From: Massalongia carnosa
Taxonomy: Eukaryota
Reading direction: 5' to 3'
DNA length: 64,000 bases
Assembly (NCBI GenBank): GCA_965645245.1
Contig: OZ287077.1
Span: forward strand, 1,178,001 to 1,242,000
The notes beneath the pieces are model-generated. The model was not told the DNA's origin. It saw nothing but the letters and a program-made list of their open reading frames with translations, and searched no databases. Made by a program: the position numbers and the translations under genes. Of this stretch, positions 22,988-34,231 are shown piece after piece. Position 1 is the stretch's first letter, and the number at the start of each line of letters is the position of its first letter.

Positions 22988-25900
22988 CTACATATACAGA
23001 GACGCGACAGCAGTAATATCCCGTTTGATCAGCTCCTGAGCCCTTTGCATCTTTGCGAAGAGCTCCGGATCTCCAATGATCCTTGCTGCGTTCTTAACCT
23101 CCCTGCAGGTTTCATCCAGCCTGGTGATGACCCGTACGATCGTGCCTTCCAGCACATCTGTGAGGTCGGTGATGCGACTAAACGATAGCCCACGCGCCCA
23201 CTCATAAACGACCTCGACAAGCCCAAAACGCGGTCGACTGACGAAATCGTTTGAGTCATCACTGGAAAGGATAACTTGGTGCTCGGTCTGAAGGGCATTG
23301 ACTTTGGCTGATATCTTAATGATCGTTTCCTTTCCTTTCTCCAGATTGCTCGTCAAACTAGGTTCAACGTCTGTTTTTTCTTGGAAGACGAAGGCTGAAA
23401 GTAGCGCGACGATTTCCTCAGGCTCATAGTTCGCGAGGACATTTTCAAGTATCAGCTCTGTAAGAACAAGTTCATCGGCTGAATGGATCTATCACTGCTA
23501 TTAGCGCAATGTAACAAGTAGCGCCGGTATTTGGGAGATACGGACTTCACAAGCTACTTTGCCTTTCAGTTCAACCCGAGCATTTCCATCCACAAATCCA
23601 AGGTCATGCAAAACCGCAATTCTTTGCTCGTAGTCTGGGAGCAATTGCAGATTCTGGTCTGACATTAACTTCCTCAATTGAAATATGTTTTCTTTAATTA
23701 GCCATTCATCATGACAGAAGGAGAACTAAGGGCTGTCAGAGGACCCCAGACCCGCCAGATTGGAATGGACTGACATGTTTAGCAAAATCAGGGCATTCCA
23801 CGCAGTATGCATTTTGAGCTGTTGTAAGCTCTTGCTTCCGAGTTTCTACGGTTTCACGAATCGATAAGTCCTTGAATCGGTTCCAATCCAATTCATCCCA
23901 ACATGGAGCTTTCCAGGATTCACAAATCTTAGTAAGCTCTGAGCGAGCATGCTGACTTCTCTCTTCATCGTGACTCTGTATTTCGTCAAGACTAACCTAC
24001 TGAGAGAGTCAGTTTCTCTCCAAAGAAGATTGAGCCAATGGTATGGTGTAACCTTAATGACTGTTTTCGTTATACAGTCGATTTCGTTCAATGGAACTTT
24101 GAGGACCTGAAGCGCCATCTTATCGACGCTCCCTACGAGCGGTGAAAATAAATCTTTATGCCGTCTTATATATGGTAGCAAATCACTTGGCTGGCGGGTC
24201 GGTTTTTTAGGCCCAATTGAGATTAAATCTATCATTGGCACAAGAGCTCTGTTGACACCTTCGCGAAGAAGAATACCTGGAGTTCGGATCCCATCCTAAG
24301 AGCCAATCAGCATTAGACATTTAAAAAAGGCACCAAATTATCACTCTGTGAAATACAATCAATCGTCCAGGCGAGAATATTCGTCTGCCGGCTGAAGAGT
24401 CTAATAGAGCTAGGTAGAGCTTTTCAGTTAAAGTCTGAAACGCTGTCGAGGCTGCATGGCATCCATCTAGATCCACGTCACAAATCTTACAAGGATTCCG
24501 CTTGATCTTTGCTAAATCTGTTTCGGAAAGCTTGACTTGTTTCTCTTGTTCGGGAAGCAAAGCCTGTGTTGCATTTTCGCTGAAGCTTCTCTTGATCATT
24601 TCCTCAATCTTCAATGCCTCCACCCTTAGAAGATTTAATATCATGTTGTATGTAAGCCGAAACTGTGAGCGTAGCTTCGTCGGGTCTCCTAGAATTATAT
24701 GTTTCAAAGTTGCGGCTGGAGGAGCTTCATCGTTGCCGGATGCTACGATAATGACGCTGCCGACAGAATCCAGCCCCCGACGTCCCGCTCTGCCAGCCAT
24801 TTGGGTATACTCGCCTGGTAGCAAGTCTCTGAATGCCCGACCATCATGCTTGCGGAAACCAGAGAAAACGACAGTGCGTGTCGGGAGGTTGAGCCCCATA
24901 GCAAAAGTTTCGGTTGCAAATAGGACCTTCACTAAAGTCTTAGCGAACAAAATTTCAACTACCTCTTTCACAATCGGTAGCAGACCACCATGATGTACAG
25001 CTATACCTCGACCAAGTAAGTCTCGCAGTCTCCTGATCTGCGGGAGCCTGCGGTCCTCTAGCTTTAGTCGGGCAAGCGAGTGCTCGATTGTCATGTGTAT
25101 GGCACTTTTCTCAGTGGCCGTGCAGAAATCCAAGTTTGAAAGTGCATCCGCATTCTCCTCGCACCTCTTCTTAGAGAAGACAAAGATACAAGCTGGAAGT
25201 AACGCCTGCTTCTTGAGGTGCTGGACTAGATGCACCCAAATATTCCTATCCTGCGCCGCGCTCGTTCGGTTTCCTCCGCGCCCTGTTCGAGCGACGTTCC
25301 CCGTAGCTCTCTGATGTTTTCCTCTTCCATGCTGCTGAAAGCCTCCTCGTTGGAAGCCGCGCTGAGGTCCACCACGTTGATTTTGTCCATGACCCCCTCC
25401 ACGTCCAGTTGCCGATCCTTGTTGATCAGCTTGCCCTCTCGAATTGTTTACATTTTTGCTCTTGTCTATGCCTGAAATTGCTGCGTTGGCTTCTTTCCAA
25501 CCTCGATCGAGAAACTTTTTATCTGCATCGACGATTTTATACATGGACTTATCCGCCCACAGATAGTGTTCTAGTGGGATGGGTCGTTTCGGAGTCGATA
25601 TCACATAAATATCCTTCTTCTTGGTTCTTCCAACCCAAGACGCAAACTCATAAGTATTAGGAACTGTGGCAGAAAGCAGAATAAGAGTTACGTGCTCTGG
25701 CAGCATGATAATTACCTCTTCCCAAACTACGCCTCGTTCAAGATCATTCACATAATGTACCTCATCAAATATAACAAATTCGACGTCCCTAAGAAGATCT
25801 GCTCCCCGGTAGAGCATGCTTCTCAGGATCTCAGTGGTCATTATAAGACAGCTAGCTTCAGGGTTAATCTGGACATCACCTGTCAGTATGCCAACATCTT

Positions 25901-27119
25901 CAAACTCTTGTCTGAAATCTCTAAACTTCTGGTTGCTCAGAGCCTTAATCGGGGAAGTATAAATCGCTTTAGTCATGTGCTTTGCTGCTAGGGAAATTGC
26001 GTATTCCGCCACTACTGTCTTTCCGGCTGACGTATGGGCAGCCACAAAGACAGAGTCACCATTTTCTAGATGATATACAGCTTCTTTTTGGAACGTGTCT
26101 AGTTCGAAAGGAAAATTTCTTGCCATATCTGGTACAAGTTCTGGAAAGTTGGTTATATCCCTCTTCACATCGACCATGTGAGCCCATTCTTTCCTCCCTC
26201 TCCTAGTAGAAGATGCAGCTAGCAAACCGTGAGGCTCAAATGCAGGGAATTCGGAAGGCAGCAGAGAGTCAATGTCCCAATCCCCTTCATCGCTCGATTT
26301 ATCTTCGCCATTGTAATCGAGATCGCCACCTTCATTTTTGGTAAGATTGGCTCCTTGATCATTGTCATTAAGAATCCAGCTATCAGAGGCTTCCCCCAGA
26401 GTTTTTTCAATCTGCTTTGAAACTTCCTCGCTGACATGGGAGCTAATCCTCCCAAAATTGAGTCCCCGGGTAAATCCTGGTGGAACTGTAAGAAGACCAC
26501 CTTCGGTTCCAAAGTTAATTACTCGGTTCAGGGAGCTTCCTTTAACCCCTTGAAGTTGCCGCTCATCCTGAATCACTTGATCCTCCAATTCTGCGACTGC
26601 TTCTACACCATCAAGTCCGCCAGGTGCAAAGGGGAAGAAGCCAGCAGCTCCACGCACGAAATCAGCGCGGTTTGCCGGCTTTCTTAGCACAGAGGTCGAA
26701 TTCTTGGCAGTTGCGATATTCGCAGGTACCGTGACTTCCCTATAGCCAGTGACTTTACCTTCTAGCCCCTCCCTATTGAATCGATAAATTGTCCGACTTT
26801 GGGTGGGTGCAAGTTCGTAAAGTTCGGTGAAGTCTGTAGAAATTTCCCATCGCCTGTAGGTCGAGGTTTAGTCTCAATCCACAAATGATGGCGGATAGGT
26901 CATTCACTGTTGCAACTTGTCCAACCACTCAGAGCTGAAGGAAGTTGGCGGGTCTAGAAAAGTTTTTTCCAGCTGTTGCTTTAGTTCTTCACGTGTTGGA
27001 TCATTGCCTTCTAGTCGTCTTCGGTCTGTGAGTATTTCATCGATGAAAATATCTTGGTAAAAGTTCTTGCTGGCAGTCACATTCAAGCCTTTGATGGCTT
27101 GAATCAGTTCAGCTGCCAT
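22988..27119 (-). CDS. SKI2: Ski2 DExH-box RNA helicase, multi-exon
   Basis: [27 protein letters not shown]-rich insert, DSHCT tail ..[12 protein letters not shown]. Confidence 0.96.
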
Positions 27120-27729
27120 GTTGTCCTCGGCCTCGAAGAAGGATTTAATGAGAAAGAAGGTTGTGAAAATGAAAATGAATTAAAATAGCCAATCGAAGTA
27201 ACCGATCCTACCAAACCTTTCATATTTCATCCAACTATGGGTTATAGTAAGGTACTTATCCACTAATCAACGGTGACGTCGCAAATAGGATACCCTCCTT
27301 CAGCAACATCAATCTTCACGTTCCATATGCACAAAACGTACGCGAAACTACAAGCACGTCTGTTATTAGCAGCCAGAAACTTCAGGTTGTGATCAAGTTA
27401 GAGGAATGATCAGAGTGAGTGATGAATGGGAGAAGGGAAGCGAAAACTTAAGTACACTGCAGTTTCTGCGAAGGGGTACGCATTTTGGCATTGCTCCAGG
27501 GTTCTGATTACAGACGAATGACAGTTTTTCCAATCCCCCCGGAACCCGCAACATTACACTTCAGCATGTACTACACCGTAAAGTTACATGTCGAGGTATT
27601 TAGGTATTTGCGCCCTGTGGCCATAGAAATCAGCACTTCACAATAAGAAGAAATTCACTTTCATTGACTAGACTAAATGATGCTAGCAGCATTTTCATCA
27701 AATATCTATATTTGCTCAGATTTTGTCGT

Positions 27730-28667
27730 TTACCACATACCAGTCATGCCTGCCATAGCATCCATCTCATCTTCAAACTCGTTTTCTGACATTTCGGTCT
27801 GACCGTCAGATTTTGGATGTGATTCCGCGCCCGAATTTCCACTAATCTCATCCAAGCCGTCTTCATCAAGAAGAGCATCCAAATCGTCTTCATTATCCGA
27901 TAAAAAAAGGCTCTCCTTGGTAGCAGCATGATTGCCATTTCTTCTATCAGTTTTCCTTGGCGTTACCGAATATAAATCATCATCTTCATCGGAAGCATTG
28001 GCAGTGAGGGTTGTTGAGCGCTGTTGTACATCTAATGATCGGGATTTAGGTGGTTGGTGATTCGGGTTGGGCTCTGGCGATTGTTTTGATGCTTCCTCAA
28101 GCTTGTCTCGGGGCTTGCTCTCATTTATCCATTCCCGTCGCATGGTCTGCACACGTTTTGAATGACCAAGCTTCTCAATGAGCGCCAGGCCATCAGCGAA
28201 TTTAGCTCTTGGATATAGGGCATCAAGCCAGAGTTGATAAACGTTGAGAAGATTTGCAATATCCGAGTACTGAGGATTTAGTCAATTCTAGCTTATGTTT
28301 TAAAACCTTTGCTCACCTCATGACCTTTTCCTTTATGACGAAGTCGTTCTCTTGATATTCGTCTTAGCTTTGGAATTCCAGCCTGGGAGAGCAGCCTAGA
28401 AAAGCATTGTTTTACATCTATGAACTATTTGAAAGGTACCGAGGTCAGACTTGCTCACCTGTTCTCATCTAGTTTGACAATAGGCTTTCTCTTCTTTGTT
28501 ACTTTAATCTCCTCGTCAATACCAAGGCCCAATATGTCCTTCGGATCTTCCGGTCTGGGAGAAGCCTTTCTCATAGATGGCAAATCCATAGTCGTGTCAA
28601 CATCCCGGAACACATCCTTTTCAATGACATTGTAATCAAGAAGATCGTCCAATGCATCCCGTGCCAT
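27730..28667 (-). CDS. CSM3: replication fork protection protein Csm3/Swi3 (3 exons)
   Basis: LGIDEEIKVTKKRKPIVKLDENR, GIPKLRR, KGKGHE, YQLWLDALYPRAKFADGL, EKLGH. Confidence 0.9.
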
Positions 28668-29039
28668 TGTATTAAAGCTGTATCTTCGCTGGATAGGAAA
28701 TGCAGGTCCGTCTTGCTGTCTTGCAGGAGGACTGTACAATTGAAGTTATATGTGGGAACAATCCTTCGCGGCCACGAAGACAAACCTGCGGTACTCTGTA
28801 TGCGGTGATTTCAAAATTCCTGCGTGAACGCGACTTAACCCTCACGCGTGAGGTACTACATAGTATAAACTATCCTTAAACTACCTTAAGTTAGTGCCAG
28901 GTCTAGTTAGTAAACAAGATCGTTTCGCGATACATGAATTACATAAGCATATAGATACTTCTATCACGCTTTGCAACAGGACATCGTATCTTTGCATTTC
29001 GTACAATACTGTTTAGTTGGACGTGAATATCAAGCCGAT

Positions 29040-29808
29040 ATGACTGATTATGAAAGGCCTTATGTGCCGGCAAATACGCTATCTACAGAATATCCAGTCA
29101 GTGTGCCATCAGCAGTTTTTGACCTTATACTAAATACCGTTGGAAGCTTATCGACAGTGATCCGTTTGTCTTCCTACGGGCAATTTACAGCAGGTTCTAA
29201 CGCTCGTCAGACATTTCAAACGTGTGGTCAAATACGCTCGGCCTGCAGACTATGCAGTGGGAGCTGTTACTGCAGCTTTTGGTCCTAGCCTGATGCTACT
29301 ATGGGAGCGTATATCACCGTCGCACGTCGGAAAGGGGGGTTTCGCTTCCATTATGCGACTTACAGCAGCTATTTCTGCGGGTGCTGCTTTCCTTACGTTC
29401 TACAATCGTTCAATTCGTAAGAAAATACTTGTCTTGAGAATGGAATGAAACGTCGATGCTAAATTTTCATTTCAAAAAGTTCGGTTTTACGGATTTGCAG
29501 AGAATGATCGAGAAGTTAAGATGGACATGCGTGAAATGGTGGACAAGGTGAAGAGAAAAGAGCCCCTTTACGGAACATCAAGTCTTTCACCCTATATGCA
29601 AGGAGTGGCCTCACGGAATTCAAGATATTCTGGTGTCTTCTTACATGTTATACCGTGGTTCAATTTTGTGAATCACGAGCAGGTATGCTACAGTTCTTTA
29701 CCCGCCCTTGGACAATTCATTGACGCTTGGAAGCATGGTGTTGACACTGCGAAATATTATCAACAAGCTGAAAGGGAGCTTGCGGCTGAGCAAGCCAAAG
29801 GCTCTTAG
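29040..29808 (+). CDS. NADH-ubiquinone oxidoreductase 21 kDa subunit (NUXM type), with a micro-exon
   Basis: EYP/LIDSDP/HFKRVVKYARPADY, RFYGFAENDREVKMDM, IPWFNFVNH, HGVDTAKYY. Confidence 0.92.
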
Positions 29809-30074
29809 AGCCGTAATGTAGTTCTTGTGGGGTAATGCATATATCTTGCCTAGCCTTTCTCAGTCGTTTGCTTGTTTGGTTCTCTACCCGGAGCTTCATT
29901 TGTAACAGCGCCCTGTACATTACTTAAGCTCCCAGTCTGCAGAAATTCGATCCTGAATTTAGCACCTTCATGTTATTAACCTAACCGAACAAATTTTCGT
30001 CTAAGACCTAATTTCATAACCACTTCTACATCAACAATTTCAATATAAAAAACAAATTCCATGTTCAATCATCA

Positions 30075-30850
30075 TCAGACTGCTACTGTTTTACACGGAG
30101 TAGGTGAAACTTCAGTGTTAAGTTCTCGACTTTTCTTTGGTTTTGGATCTGGGGCTACAGAGATCGTTACTATAGGTCCGTTGCGCAATGTAGAAAATCG
30201 AAATAGGCTTCGGTACCTTTTTCATTCTCCTGTATATAGAAGCGCCGTAGCAATATGATAGCCTCTTCGCGAAAAAGGCCTCCTTGGGCGTCGTAAGGGC
30301 AATCCATGCTAGGACTTTATGGGTAACGTTAGCATTGGCCAGGGGTCTATGAATGAAACACATTACTCAGAATGGATTGAGAGTACTCCGCCGGTGCCTC
30401 CAAAGCGGTTGTTAGAACATCCAAAATAGACTTTTCGTATTCTATATTGACGTAGGGCGGATGCGCACATGATGCATGGCTCTACCGTAACATATAGGTC
30501 TGTGTCGCAAAACACCGATGGTGGATATTCTTCAAGTATTTTACTGATGGCTTGCAACTCAGCATGTCGTGTACCCTTCGCCGCCAGTAAGCAGAACAAG
30601 CTTTTAAAGAGACTAAGACGCAAACAACTAACATTTAACGACTTATTTGTGTCGTTTATACCTTTCCCAATGATCCGGTTTTGATAGACAAACACACACC
30701 CCACAGGCGTCTCATCAGATTTAAGTGCCTTTTCTGCCTTTGCCTTCCATTAATAACTCTTCTTCAAAACAAGTAGACATGTATCACCAGCTCCAAAGCT
30801 ACACGCATGTATACATCATGTATACTGCTAGTGGATGATGTTGGCAACAT
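30075..30850 (-). CDS. TAD2: tRNA-specific adenosine-34 deaminase catalytic subunit (4 exons)
   Basis: ETPVGCVFV, GTRHAE, TVEPCIMCA, FGCSNNRFGG. Confidence 0.92.
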
Positions 30851-30982
30851 CTGGATAGTACTGATTCTTTCCTTTTGAATAAGAATACTCTAACCGACTG
30901 CTATTGGTGGTGTGGCGGAGAAACTAGAGACATCGGGTTTAGGAGATAGCTAACTAGCGTAATAGCGTCAGCGGTACGGAGG

Positions 30983-32295
30983 CACGCCCCTGAAAAAAAA
31001 ACTGGCAACGTGGCGACTTTACCCCATTAAAATCCCCCCCTTTTCATCAACCATCCACACCAACATGCCTCGTAAGCAACGTGCAACTCACTACGATACT
31101 CCCATTCGAGCTAAACTTCAAGGAATTCATGCATATCTTCTTGATGAAGGCATCGTACATGATCCACGAAATCTTTTCAAGAAGTATGGCGTTTCGGAAC
31201 GAGCTGGCTACAGAATTATTCGCAAAGGAGCTTCGACACGTACTCGTCATCATACAGAGCTTATAGAAACGCGAGGAAGACGATCAAAAATCACAGGCGA
31301 GCAAGTACGAGAGGCTGATCGGCTGCTTCAGGAAGATGAGCTACAACTCGAAGGAAAACGCTTGACATGGGAACAAGTTGCGATGGAAGTTGGAGCAGAT
31401 GTTGTGGGTCGTACAATGCATAACGTGCTACGTGCTGCATTGAATTACGAGAAATGTCTAGCCTGCGTCAAAGGATGGCTGGCCGACCCTCCTATGCAAA
31501 AACGGGTGGAATATGCTCATATAATGCTGGCCAAATATCCTAAACCAGAAGATTGGTATCGAGTACGATTTAGTGACGAAGTTCATTTCTCCTACGGGCC
31601 CGATGGCAAATTACGCATCATACGTCAGCCATGCACACGCTATAGATGGGATTGTATACAACATCGTGATGCGCCAGCTGAGAAAGATCGAAAGAGACTG
31701 CATTGTTGGGCGGCTGTAGGCTACAACTTCAAGTCGGATATTATATTCTACGAAGTGCCGGGCAACAGCAATGGCAAGATGACGCATCAAGTATACATTA
31801 ACTCAATACTTGAGCCCGTTGTCAAGCCGTGGCCAGAGCGAGGGGATGATTTTGTGCTCGAAGAAGATGGTGATTCCGGGCAAGGCACAGGCAGGACGAG
31901 AAAGGCAGTCAAGAAATGGAAGGAGGATCATCGTTTAGAGCATTATTTCAACTGCTCTTCTTCACCTGATTTGGCTCCTATTGAAAACAGCTGGCAGCCC
32001 ACAAAGCAGCATATTAAAAAGTATCCTCATTGGGACGAAGCGAGCTTAAAAGCATTGATTTGTGAGGGCTGGGCGACAGTCAGTCAGAAGTTTCTTAATG
32101 AGAGAGTACGATCAATGCCTCAACGGCTAAAGGACGTCATCTCAGCTGAAGGGGCCATGACTGGTCATTAATTTGATGTAAATAGCTTTCAATTGACTGG
32201 TTATCGCAATGTAAAGGTGAAATGTTGATAAAAAGGGGTAAAATTTAGTGGGGTAAGCTCGCTTACACGTTGCCAGTTTTTTTTTCAAGGGCGTG
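30983..32295 (+). mobile_element. Tc1/mariner-superfamily DNA transposon (element 1), intact
   Basis: 30-bp TIRs CACGCCCYTGAAAAAAAAACTGGCAACGTG at 30983-31012 and 32266-32295 (one mismatch) enclosing a transposase ORF. Confidence 0.93.
31065..32171 (+). CDS. Tc1-like transposase, DD38E spacing
   Basis: Uninterrupted 368-aa ORF with RFSDEVHF, LEEDGDSG and SPDLAPIE; 38 residues between the second D and the E. Confidence 0.9.
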   Translation: MPRKQRATHYDTPIRAKLQGIHAYLLDEGIVHDPRNLFKKYGVSERAGYRIIRKGASTRTRHHTELIETRGRRSKITGEQVREADRLLQEDELQLEGKRLTWEQVAMEVGADVVGRTMHNVLRAALNYEKCLACVKGWLADPPMQKRVEYAHIMLAKYPKPEDWYRVRFSDEVHFSYGPDGKLRIIRQPCTRYRWDCIQHRDAPAEKDRKRLHCWAAVGYNFKSDIIFYEVPGNSNGKMTHQVYINSILEPVVKPWPERGDDFVLEEDGDSGQGTGRTRKAVKKWKEDHRLEHYFNCSSSPDLAPIENSWQPTKQHIKKYPHWDEASLKALICEGWATVSQKFLNERVRSMPQRLKDVISAEGAMTGH

Positions 32296-32298
32296 GGA

Positions 32299-34012
32299 GG
32301 ATGACACAAAAAGTCCTTGGATGCGCTAAGAATGGCACTAAGGATTTAGCGCTGCATCAATGCCCCTTTTCCATATTTGATTTATCATCTTTATTTTTCA
32401 CATCAACCTCATTTTCAAACGATATAATGCATTGAATATCAGGTCTATATGCAGACTTATGACATGATCAGTCTAAATCACTGCTATCAGATATAATGTC
32501 TTTGCGATAGCGAATGCGACGATCTTCGGAATTATATGGCCGAACCACACCATTGTCTCGACCCTCTCGATACTCGTTTCCTCCATTCAAAGCGATGACT
32601 TCTTCTATATGTCGTGGAATTCGTTCTATCCATTGCTGAATTTGTTTTTGTTTCAGAGTTTTTGTCCAGCACCGAGTCCATGCTTTGATAGCCGTAATGC
32701 GATTTCGAGGTGCTCCTTTTCGTGTGGTTTGCCTTTTCATCCAAGGCCAACATTGCTCGATCATGTTCAAATCAGGAGAATTACCCGGCCACAATAAACG
32801 TAAGACTTCTGCATCCAATAAAGACGAGGTCTTGATGTTTGGAAGCATGACTAGGGGCCTTGTCCTCCTGCACAATAGTATCGGGACGATCTTTTATACA
32901 TTCTTTTGCAAACGGAAGAAGTTTGGGAAGAATAATAGTTTTTTGATAACGATACCAGTCGATGCCCCCTTTGCCCCCTTTGCCTTTTCGAGCCACTTTT
33001 CCATGCTTTTCATCCCATTTCCAGACCGGTTTTCGACCTCCTTTGGTACGCAGTCCCATTCGTTTCATGCCTATTTCCAATTCCCAATTTTCTTTCGCTA
33101 GAGGCTCCAATGCCTCATTGATTTTGTCGATTTCTCCTTGAGCGGCACGTGTTTCTGCCGCTGTCTCTGGCTTCCATATATGAAAAGGACCTTTCTTTTC
33201 ATACGAAAAACAACCCCAAAACATGAATTCGGAACATCCTTTCCATCTACGTCGAATGCACGTTTGAGCATATTTTTCTTTTGGAGTTCGCCACTGAAGT
33301 CTTCGTCCTCTTCGAGAGCCTAACATAACACTAGTTTCATCGCTCCAAATGACATTCTTCCAGTCATCGAGAGTCCAATGACGATAACGCAAACAGAATT
33401 GCAATCGAGCCTCTTTCATTGCTGAATCAAGGCCTGGTTTCATGGTAGATTTGAAGGGACGAAAGTTATTGCGTCGAAGAACATTGAGAATAGTTGTAGA
33501 TGAGACTCTGTGCTCATATCCCAAAACGGCTGAGGATTTTTCTCTACCACTTCGATCATGACGAACGTTGTCTAAAATGGCCTGTTCTACCTCAGACGTC
33601 ACTTTAGGAGGACGTCCTGAACGACATGCATCTTCTACGTATTCTACCTTCAATATTCGCGAAACAGTGGGATCATATCCTCGATCTCGTGCCTTGCGCT
33701 TGATATAACTGATAGACTGAGTAGAGACTCCGGTGACTGCTTGAACGACTTTGACTGCTATGCCGTGTTCAACCAAAGATAATGCTTGGAACTTTTGCCC
33801 AGTAGTCAGACTATTGTTCTGAGTTCGTGATGTCATGATTCGAAGCATACAAAATTTTATTTGATGATATCTGATAAATGAAAGATGCTGCACAGGTCAA
33901 AATGTACAATATCTATAAAACCCCCTATTTAATTTTTAGCGTCCTTTCTGCACGACGCTAAAAATGCACTAACGCACGAATGCACGCTACTAAGGACTTT
34001 TTGTGTCATCCG
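32299..34012 (-). mobile_element. Tc1-like DNA transposon (element 2), one TIR interrupted by element 1
   Basis: GGATGACACAAAAAGTCCTT (32299-32318) is the inverse of 33992-34011; right end ..CCG then TA; the displaced TA-CGG lies at 30975-30979. Confidence 0.9.
32468..33836 (-). pseudogene. DD34E transposase with a 1-nt frameshift near 32818
   Basis: WSDET and QEDKAPSH in ORF 32781-33893; WPGNSPDLNMIE in the other frame (32468-32875). Confidence 0.85.
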
Positions 34013-34231
34013 TACTCTGTACTTCGTAGTACTCTAAGCGCGCGGGAGATGCTAGCGGAAGGCTATATTCAAAGACCAAACTTTCACTTGTGCAGATTTA
34101 CAATCCAACCAGAGTTTTACTGTCAACTAACAGTTGAGAAAATCTACCCACTGTGGTCTTTTCTATCTAGATTCTCACCTTGATAGGTATCATCCTAATT
34201 GGCGAGACTTGGGGCTAGAATGAGTATCTAA

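Noticed and set aside
27419..27507. GTGATGA..CTGA as a possible C/D snoRNA
   Set aside because: Poor terminal stem, no clear C'/D' boxes and no rRNA complement that I could recognise
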